Below are positions 55,658 to 64,000 of a stretch of 64,000 bases of DNA, piece by piece (position 1 is the stretch's first letter; each line of letters opens with the position of its first letter). This stretch comes from Antedon mediterranea (Eukaryota > Animalia > Echinodermata): the NCBI RefSeq assembly GCF_964355755.1, contig NC_092672.1, forward strand, positions 5,766,001 to 5,830,000, written 5' to 3'. Position numbers and translations under genes: made by a program. The notes beneath the pieces are model-generated. The model saw only the letters and a list, made by a program, of their open reading frames with translations. It was not told the DNA's origin and searched no databases.

Positions 55658-58600
55658 ATGTCAATGTCATCTTCAAGCCTACCACGGTTACAAAACCTTC
55701 CGCAGTGGCCTAGGCTAAGCTCTATGGACAAATCACGGTATCCTAAGCCATTTCTACGTGATCAGCTACAAGTGCTGCCTCCGCCTACTAAGGCTAGAGA
55801 ATTACGGGACAATTTGGATCTAGATAGCTCAGTGTCCGATATGGATCAAACAGCTAGATTGCATCACCTTGAGAAGAGTATTGACTTTTTAAAACATCAA
55901 CATGAAGAGATACTTAGAAGTTTACACGAAGAAATTGGAAAATTGAAATTGGAAAATAAAGGTAGAATTTTACAATTTAAAATAAACATTAAATTCTCAT
56001 CAGATTACAGTCTTTAGTAGAAGAAAAGCTTGGTTTGCACTTAATGTAATCACTATACACTGCAAATAAATTGACCAATCACAATATGATGGCTTACCTG
56101 AATTATCACTTGTGATTGGCCAACTCACCTACAGTAACTACATTTTTATGTTGTATCCTTTAAGTGTAAGTGAGAACCATGCTTTAACCACTGTCTACAC
56201 TAACTAGTTTGACAAAAAAAGTGTGATGTGCCAAAATATGGTAGTGATATGAAATCATCATATCCGTAGGCACTTCACATTTTTTTGTCAATTTGTAGAC
56301 AGAGTTTTGGGCGTTAACAGCATGTAACTGTAAGTAGGTAAAGACAGATTATACAGCACAGGCTAAAATATGATGACCTAGTAAATATTATGGAAATCAC
56401 AGAAAAATACATGTACACATCCCATTATGGCAATTATGTTGTCTAATTATACCATACAGGTAGTCTAGTGCTTCATTAATTACTCAGTAAATTAATGAAT
56501 AGTAATTCAGACTAATTAAAAACAGTGATTTGTTAACCATTATGATCTTCAACTGGATATACCATTTTAAAACTTTACATGATAAACATTCTTTGACTAG
56601 ATTTGAACCTACTATCCTCTTACATGAAAGCATTTTTATCAACTAATGAACGCTTAGATTACTGAATTGAACCCTTACGATTGAAAACATTTTAAACTTT
56701 ATATATATTTTCTTGCAGATTTACATTTTAAAGTAATAATGGCAAGAGGAAATAGCCCACCTGGTTCAGGTAATTTGACAGAATTCAAAGCCACATTTCA
56801 AAAGCATTATTGAATGTTATGTAAAATATCTGAAGGCCAGCTATTTGTAGTAATAATTAATTAACCTCTAGAAATAGTGTAGTGTGTTATGCTATGGCAG
56901 TACAGTAGTCTAAATACATAGACATTCTAACTTTAGCTTTCAAGCAACCATAAGCGATTTATGCAGGTGTTATTGCTGATTTATATAAGTGGCATTGATC
57001 ATTTGAGAGAATTCTTTATATGGTTCTAATATTAGAAGATACAGTATCATCGTTCAATTTACATTTGAAATGAATATTTTCTGTCTTAGATAAAAGTAAT
57101 GAATCAAGTAGAAAATCATTAACAAGTGCAGAAGAAAATGTTCCTGTTATTGCACAAGGTAGATTGCTAAAACATAGTATATAGTAAATAACACCATCAT
57201 CATGACATTATCACATCATCATCTTTATGACAATAATCAATAATAGGATACAAATCATGGCAATATTCAAAATACATCATTCTAATTCATTATCATAATC
57301 ATCATTCATTCTCTTTTTTTATCATCATCATTTGTTATCACCTTGCAAGTGATTCAACTTGTGAATCAATAATCTATATGTATATCTTTCTTTTATTTAG
57401 CTGTTTCATTGGACGAATTTAAGTCGCGCTTCCTAGAAGGAGAACAGCGCGAGTTACGATACGCCCTTCAAGAAGCACGCAATAGAAACTTATATCTGCA
57501 ACAAATGTTGGAGCAAGCTATCAACAGAAGGTGTGTGTAACATGAAAACATTCTTACATTGTCAACAGTAAAATAGTGCAGTGTCAAATGGCATTTATAT
57601 CTATATAATTATACATGTTCTGTTTTTTAAAAATGTAATATATCAGCAAAGATACCCACACCAGTGTTTCAAATGTAGTTAAAAACCTTTCAAACATTCT
57701 GATATCCTTTGTGTATGGCTGCGTGCAGTACCAACAAATGTGGAAACGTTCAAATATTCTCTCTCATTCGATATAGAAATAAATATATAACAACTCAATT
57801 TAACAAAATAAATACAACTTTTACATTGTAGGACACCAAATATTGAAACAGGTCAACAAACGACCCCACCACATCGAGGTATGTCCCACCCAGATCCCCC
57901 TATGCCTGTGTCAACTAGGCCGCTCAAAATTCAACGACCCACTGATTCCTCACCGCGCTCTCCAACTCTGGATGAATGTGAAATTATTATACGTCATCTA
58001 CAAGAGTCTAATGAACGACAAAATTATGAGGTATGTGTAGCCCACACCTATTGTTTTTGTTATTCCATCACAATTAAGTCAGGTATTTTCCTTCACTTAA
58101 GTCATATATTTACAGCCACAGTCTCTTGGTAATTGTTTTGTTAACTAATAAGGAATAATTACTGTGTATCCTCTGGTATAATCTCACCCATAAAATTGGG
58201 CCGACTTTAGGGGTGGGACTATACCTGGGGAAACCCTGGTTCAGGAAAAAAATGATTAGTAAGCATTTCTTGTAAATGCTCATCTGAACTGGCTAGAGAG
58301 AGGCCTACATCCAGACCAAAAGCCAATACTGGGACTATACCAGGGGAATGCCTGTTTGAAATCAGACATATAGAGTAGGGGGTGGGATTAGACCTGAAGT
58401 GGGATTATACCCAAGGTTATACGGTAATCAATATTGTAATGATTGTACTTATTCACAATATTGTACTTTTATTGCAGCTTACAAGGTTAAAAGCAGATCT
58501 AAAAGATGTTTTATACTCACATAAGTGGACTCCAGATGCATATTTATTAGCCAAAGCATATATAGCAGAGGAAGATGGTGACACCAATGCAGAGTAAGAA

Positions 58601-59408
58601 CTTATGATATACAGTCGTTAGAACCCTATAAAGCTCTGTCTACCCTATAGAAAAAGTGTTATGTTCCCAAATATGGTGGTGATATGCCTATTTGTGTTGG
58701 TGATATGCCCAAATATGTTACTGATACTGACATAATCATGTCCATATATGGGCACATCACATTTTTTGTCACTTAAGTTTGATAGTGTAGACAAATCTTT
58801 AAGGTAATACCTTTAAGACCCAACAAAGTGTTGTTTCACTCTTCCTTTGTCTGACTAGGCAACTCCTTCTTTTCCCCACAATGGAATGCTAGCTAAGTCA
58901 CTCTTCAGTCACTATTCCCAGGGTGTATAGAGAATAAATAAACATTGTTACAATTGTAATAACATGCTTTATTTTGTTCTTTCAGGGGTGAAGGAAAATC
59001 CCCTCGTGTTGCCTTGAAGAATCACTCAAGGAAAATGTAAGACATTTCTTGATATACAATAAGTAACATGTGACAACAAAAATATGGTGTGCCCATATAT
59101 GAACATGATGATGTCATATCTCTACCATATTTGGGTATATCACTACCATATTTGGGTACATCACATTTTTTTGTCACATACACTTTGATAGTGTAGACAG
59201 AGCTTTAACTGATTTAACTTGTTTATAGATACATAGATTTTGTTTTATTGCAATGTTTGTTTTTCTTGTTTTCAGACCCGATTCAGCTTTTCAAAAAGAC
59301 ACGATATCGCTACCACCGCTCCCTCAGACTCACGGCAACAAAGTAGCAGAGCGACAGAGACGAGTTGAAGCCATTAAAAGACAAAAACACACACAAGTTT
59401 CATTCTAA
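55658..59408 (+). CDS. CCDC74: Coiled-coil domain-containing protein 74 (CCDC74/CCDC92 family), about 350 aa
   Basis: 8 in-frame GT-AG exons: 55658-55961, 56719-56769, 57090-57158, 57401-57530, 57832-58030, 58478-58593, 58986-59036, 59276-59408 (1053 nt). Motifs [39 protein letters not shown] and LPPLPQT..AERQRRVEAIKR. Confidence 0.9.
56190..56305. mobile_element. MITE family A (degenerate), adjacent to a family B copy at 56027-56183
   Basis: CTGTCTACACT ... TGTAGACAGAG. Confidence 0.7.
58160..58427. mobile_element. Tc1/mariner(pogo)-like MITE, degenerate
   Basis: TACTGTGTATCCTCTGGTATAATCTCAC / GTGGGATTATACCCAAGGTTATACGGTA; internal GGGACTATACC repeats. Confidence 0.6.
58632..58798. mobile_element. 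MITE family A
   Basis: Both TIRs, diverged. Confidence 0.8.
59067..59204. mobile_element. MITE family A (left-truncated)
   Basis: Right TIR CTTTGATAGTGTAGACAGAGCT plus internal sequence. Confidence 0.78.
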
Positions 59409-59767
59409 ATTAGTGCTTTTAAATCAACTGATTAAAGTAATTAAACTTGGGAAAAAAAGTATCATGCTTTCTTTTACTAATCTTTTAATCTAGCTTTTTA
59501 AATCAATTTTTAATGCATCATGTACTAAATTTGAATGTATATGGTTAGCTGATTCTTGGTACTGTGCCTATAATTTCTACAGTATCATAGGCAAATTCTG
59601 TGATACAATGTCACATATGTATCACATATATCATCTGTATTATAAGTAATAACCTTAACATAATACAAGCACCACTTGTGATACATAAGTGACACTGTAT
59701 AATACTGGACTTAATATTTCATGGGTGGAGAGATATAGTACAGGAAATTTAGTGATGCAATTTTGCT

Positions 59768-59850
59768 GTGATGTCATCAGTTCATAATGATGTCATCAGT
59801 CACGATGATGTCATCAGTCACGATGATGTCATAAGTCATAATGATGTCAT
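59768..59850. repeat. Tandem repeat of about 18-20 bp (TGATGTCATCAGTCACGA), about 5 copies
   Basis: Direct reading; lies in the presumed CCDC74 3' UTR. Confidence 0.8.
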
Positions 59851-61479
59851 ATTCTGTGTACAATTAATTTAAGATAATCAACTCTGTAAAATGAAGATTT
59901 TTGAATGAAAATTCTACATTGTTGGCATGGATGTTGTATTATAAATTGAATCTTACAGAACCACAGCCCCTTTCAAAAATTAAATGTTGATGAGAAGGAC
60001 AATATTTCCTCCCAAACTCAAATTGTAGTGAAATCCCAAGTTGGAAGCCCTGTCTTTTTGTATTAATAAAGTAAACTGAAATTTACATTACCAGTGTTTG
60101 ACAACTCTATTAGACACCTTTTTCTTGTTAAAACAAGACAAAATAATTTCTGGACATTTTTAATATTTTTGTATATTTTAGTACAAAAAAGTAGTTTATG
60201 TAAATACTTTATTTGTAGAAATTTTGCAGTGACGTATGAAGCTGTTAAACGAAAATACAGAATATTAAATGCCTTAATTTTATGCTGGTATCAACAATGT
60301 TATAAAGTAAAAAATAAATAAACAAAGCTGATTCAGATTTTGTATAAATGTTTTTATTAATTTAAATTTTCTGCCATATATAAAAGGACAGCACATTATT
60401 ATTTTACATTACTTATACATGCTTTTGAAGGAATACATATTCTATTTTTACACTGTTTCCTTTAAGGTACACCTAATGCTTGATTCCCACTAGGACGCAA
60501 TGCAAGGACGTAAGCGCATCGCAAGTAATTTAACCAATCACAAGTGATGGATTATTCAAATAACTGTTGCTTGTGATTTTTCAACTCATTGTTCTTACGT
60601 CATTGTATCAATCATTTGATTTATATAGTGCCATTCCAACAGTCAGTGCTCATAACGACGCCAAAAAATATCAGAAAATGTAAGTTTTGAGTAGTGACTT
60701 AAAGGTGCTTACAAATTTTTGTTTAATCCTAGTGGGAACCAAGCTTTACCAAAGTTAGCTGCATTACTTTAAGAAACAACTCAAACTACTACTGCTGTAA
60801 CTTGGAAATGCTGTGATTGCATTTTTGCTGCCTCATAAGTTTTAAGTTGCTTCATTTATCTTATAGAAAAATAATTAAATTTACCTCATAATTTACAGTA
60901 TATATGGCAACAAAAATGTTATTTGCAATAATGACACCACATTATACTTATCTGGAAATGAGTGGTGGCACTGCAATATGGCAGATTTGAAGTACAGTAT
61001 ATACAGTAATAGGCCAACAGTAACAATTTCGCCAATACTACATCAACACCATCGAAATGAATAATTGTGCACTTAAACCCCACTTTGTTTAATTTACAGC
61101 ATTTGCCTTTGTTTTACATGAAAAATAATTGCATGTATTATATAAGTTGGTGCTTTTGCAGTTGTTTTGCATCAAAATATAAGGTGAATGTAAAAGTAAA
61201 AGTGTGGAAAATTAAACTATAGCAGAATGTAAGAAAAATGTTTTATTTGTGATATCTGTTGAGCATGGCATCATGTTAATTGTACAGATTCCCTTTGAAA
61301 TATTTGTATCCAAAAAAAATTAAAGTGTCCAGTTGCAGAGTCTGGTATCAGTCTAGATTTTGATTTAGTCACAAGAAGCTCATTCCCTGTTCATAAATTA
61401 TGAAATGGTACTGTGGAAATTTGGGTAGCCAATCAGTGAAGGGGTTATATAAGACTTGAGGCCTACTACAAGTAGCCAA

Positions 61480-63849
61480 TCACCATCCACTGAAGTTTGT
61501 CAGACTGTGAGATGATTTAACTTTCTTCTTTGCTATACTGGAACTGATCATTGCTTCATCAGATTCTCTCTTGTTTCTAGAAAAGACAGTGAAATATTAA
61601 AATTGAAACAAATTCTTAAACAAACATTGCACCACCAGAAAGTACAATAGCCACTAACAGTAGAACCTTTTTTTGGGACATCCATATTCATAAATGAGGA
61701 GGAAATATTTTAACACTACAGCTATTCAGGAAACACCCCTGTTAAGCGTGGTTTCCACAAGCGACGCAACCTACACAACATAAGACAATGCCCTTCCAAT
61801 AATTGTGTTTGCCCCGTCTGTGCGAAATCAAACCGGACTAGTTCCGCATCAACAGTAGTTGCCAGACTTTTGACTTGGTATTTGGCTATGTGTTGTACTA
61901 TGTTTTCCAGTGTTCTTGCCTTCCGTTGTCGCAGGAAATCAAACTGTTTTGATTTCCCGCAGCGATGTTTGTAGCACTGTTGCGTCGCTGGTTCCCACTT
62001 GTGATTATGCAACGTCTCTGTATTGCGTTCTAGTGGTAACCACGCTTATAGAGGAAACTTTGTTGGGTCCTAACGGTGTCATTAATAATGATTCAAATTT
62101 ATCTAAAGCTCTGTCTACACTATCAAACTAGTTTGACACAAAAAAGTGTACCCAAATATGGTAGTGATATTCCCAAATATGGTATGACATCATCATGTCC
62201 ATATATGGGCACATCACATTTTTTTGGTCACATAAAGTTTGATAGTGTAGACAGATCTTAAGACAGCCTCATATATTTAGATTTTATGGGTGCATGAATA
62301 TACTTTAATACCTTGATGGACTACTTGAACTTGCTATGTATTTACCAACACCTGATCGATATACTACTGGTTTATCTGATGTCTTACTAACAGGTTTGGA
62401 AGGTCCTGCCGCCATTTTGGCAGCTTCGTCGTCTTTTACTTGTTGCCTGTCATTTGCCAACTGTGAATAAATGTGATTTTACAATTACTATCAATATCAG
62501 TAGACACAACAATGATTACATTTTACAATTACTATCAATATCAGTAGACACAACAATGATTACATTTTACAATTACTATCAATATCAGTAGACACAACAA
62601 TGATTACATTTTACAATTACTATCAATATCAGTAGACACAAAAATGATTACATTTTACAATTACTATCAATATCAGTAGACACAACAATGATTACATTTT
62701 ACAATTACTATCAATATCAGTAGACACAACAATTATTACATTTTACAATTACTATCAATATCAGTAGACACAAAAATGATTACATTTTACAATTACTATC
62801 AATATCAGTAGACACAACAATGATTACATTTTACAATTGCTATCAATATCAGTAGACCCAACAATGATTACATTTTACAATTACTATCAATATCAGTAGA
62901 CCCAACAATGATTACATTTTACAATTACTATCAATATCAGTAGACACAACAATGATTACATTTTACAATTGCTATCAATATAAGTAGACCCAACAATGAT
63001 TACATTTTACAATTACTATCAATATCAGTAGACACAACAATGATTACATTTTACAATTACTATCAATATCAGTAGACCCAACAATGATTACATTTTACAA
63101 TTACTATCAATATCAGTAGACACAACAATGATTACATTTTACAATTACTATCAATATCAGTAGACACAACAATGATTACATTTTACAATTACTATCAATA
63201 TCAGTAGACACAACAATTATTACATTTTACAATTACTATCAATATCAGTAGACACAACAATGATTACATTTTACAATTACTATCAATATCAGTAGACACA
63301 ACAATGATTACATTTTACAATTACTATCAATATCAGTAGACACAACAATTATTACATTTTACAATTACTATCAATATCAGTAGACACAACAATGATTACA
63401 TTTTACAATTACTATCAATATCGTTCGATAGAAACAGGAAAATTGCCTTTTAAACCCCCATAATATAAACAACGTATGCCAAAAACTACCTTATCCAAGC
63501 CTAAGGCTCTGTCTATACTATCAAACTTTATGTGACAAAAATATGTGATGTGGCCACATATGGACACAATGACATCATATCACTACCATATTTGGGCACA
63601 TCCCACTTTTTGATAGTGTAAACAGAACTTAACACAAAATGTTGCAATGGGCTACTTACTTGTTCATCAGCCTCTTCATAAGGGTTCACAAATACAGAAG
63701 CTTTCACTATTTTAATTTCTTCTTTAGGCCTGTCAGTTTTATCTGTTTCAATTTTCTCCATAGCAGTTAGCGTATCCAAGCCGCCAACTACTCGACCAAA
63801 CACAGTGTGTTTTCCATCAAGATGCCGGCATGATCGGTATGTTAAGAAA
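61480..63849 (-). CDS. PPIL2: RING/U-box cyclophilin PPIL2 (Cyp60), last three coding exons; gene starts beyond the right edge
   Basis: Exons 63660-63849, 62312-62460, 61480-61576: FLTYRSCRHLDGKHTVFGRVVGGLDTL..TDRPKEEI..VFVNPYEEADEQ / VYRSGVGKYI / ..KKK..TNFSGW*, typical of the PPIL2 C-terminus. Confidence 0.93.
62107..62258. mobile_element. MITE family A
   Basis: Both TIRs; TAA flanks. Confidence 0.85.
62477..63422. repeat. 44-bp minisatellite, about 21 copies
   Basis: Unit ATTACATTTTACAATTACTATCAATATCAGTAGACACAACAATG with few variants. Confidence 0.96.
63505..63629. mobile_element. MITE family A
   Basis: GGCTCTGTCTATACTATCAAACTT ... TTTGATAGTGTAAACAGAACT. Confidence 0.8.
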
Positions 63850-64000
63850 CTATATTAAGAATATAGAGTTATCATCTTCTGGTGGTGTGTAAGCAGGAAA
63901 ACTTTACATTACATGTCCAAGACCACAAATCTGGTTCTGGTCTTCTCGGATAAGGACTATAAACCGTAGGTCCAGTGTGCACATCTAGTACAACCCAGTA

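Noticed and set aside
63850-63875. U12-type branch site (TTCTTAAT) before the PPIL2 exon
   Set aside because: Imperfect match, very close to the AG, and the donor is outside the window, so it cannot be supported

Overview
AT-rich eukaryotic (metazoan invertebrate, probably deuterostome) genomic DNA with four spliced protein-coding genes, reconstructed by reading GT-AG boundaries. (1) The 5' half of a GRK2/3-type G-protein-coupled receptor kinase on the minus strand: 7 exons at 722-38363, continuing off the left edge. (2) A complete moonraker/KIAA0753 orthologue on the minus strand: 13 coding exons, about 975 aa. (3) A complete CCDC74 orthologue on the plus strand: 8 coding exons, about 350 aa, head-to-head with KIAA0753. 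(4) The last three exons of PPIL2 on the minus strand, tail-to-tail with CCDC74. The introns are rich in transposons: an apparently intact two-ORF CR1/L2-group (Crack-like) LINE, a 5S-rRNA-derived SINE, tRNA-derived SINEs, Helentron-type (HINE) elements, many MITE families (some nested) and several minisatellites. The most unusual pattern is that one ~160-bp MITE family sits repeatedly about 25-60 nt downstream of splice donors. There is no CRISPR array or prokaryotic system. Gene and repeat-family identities come from recalled sequence similarity, not database searches.
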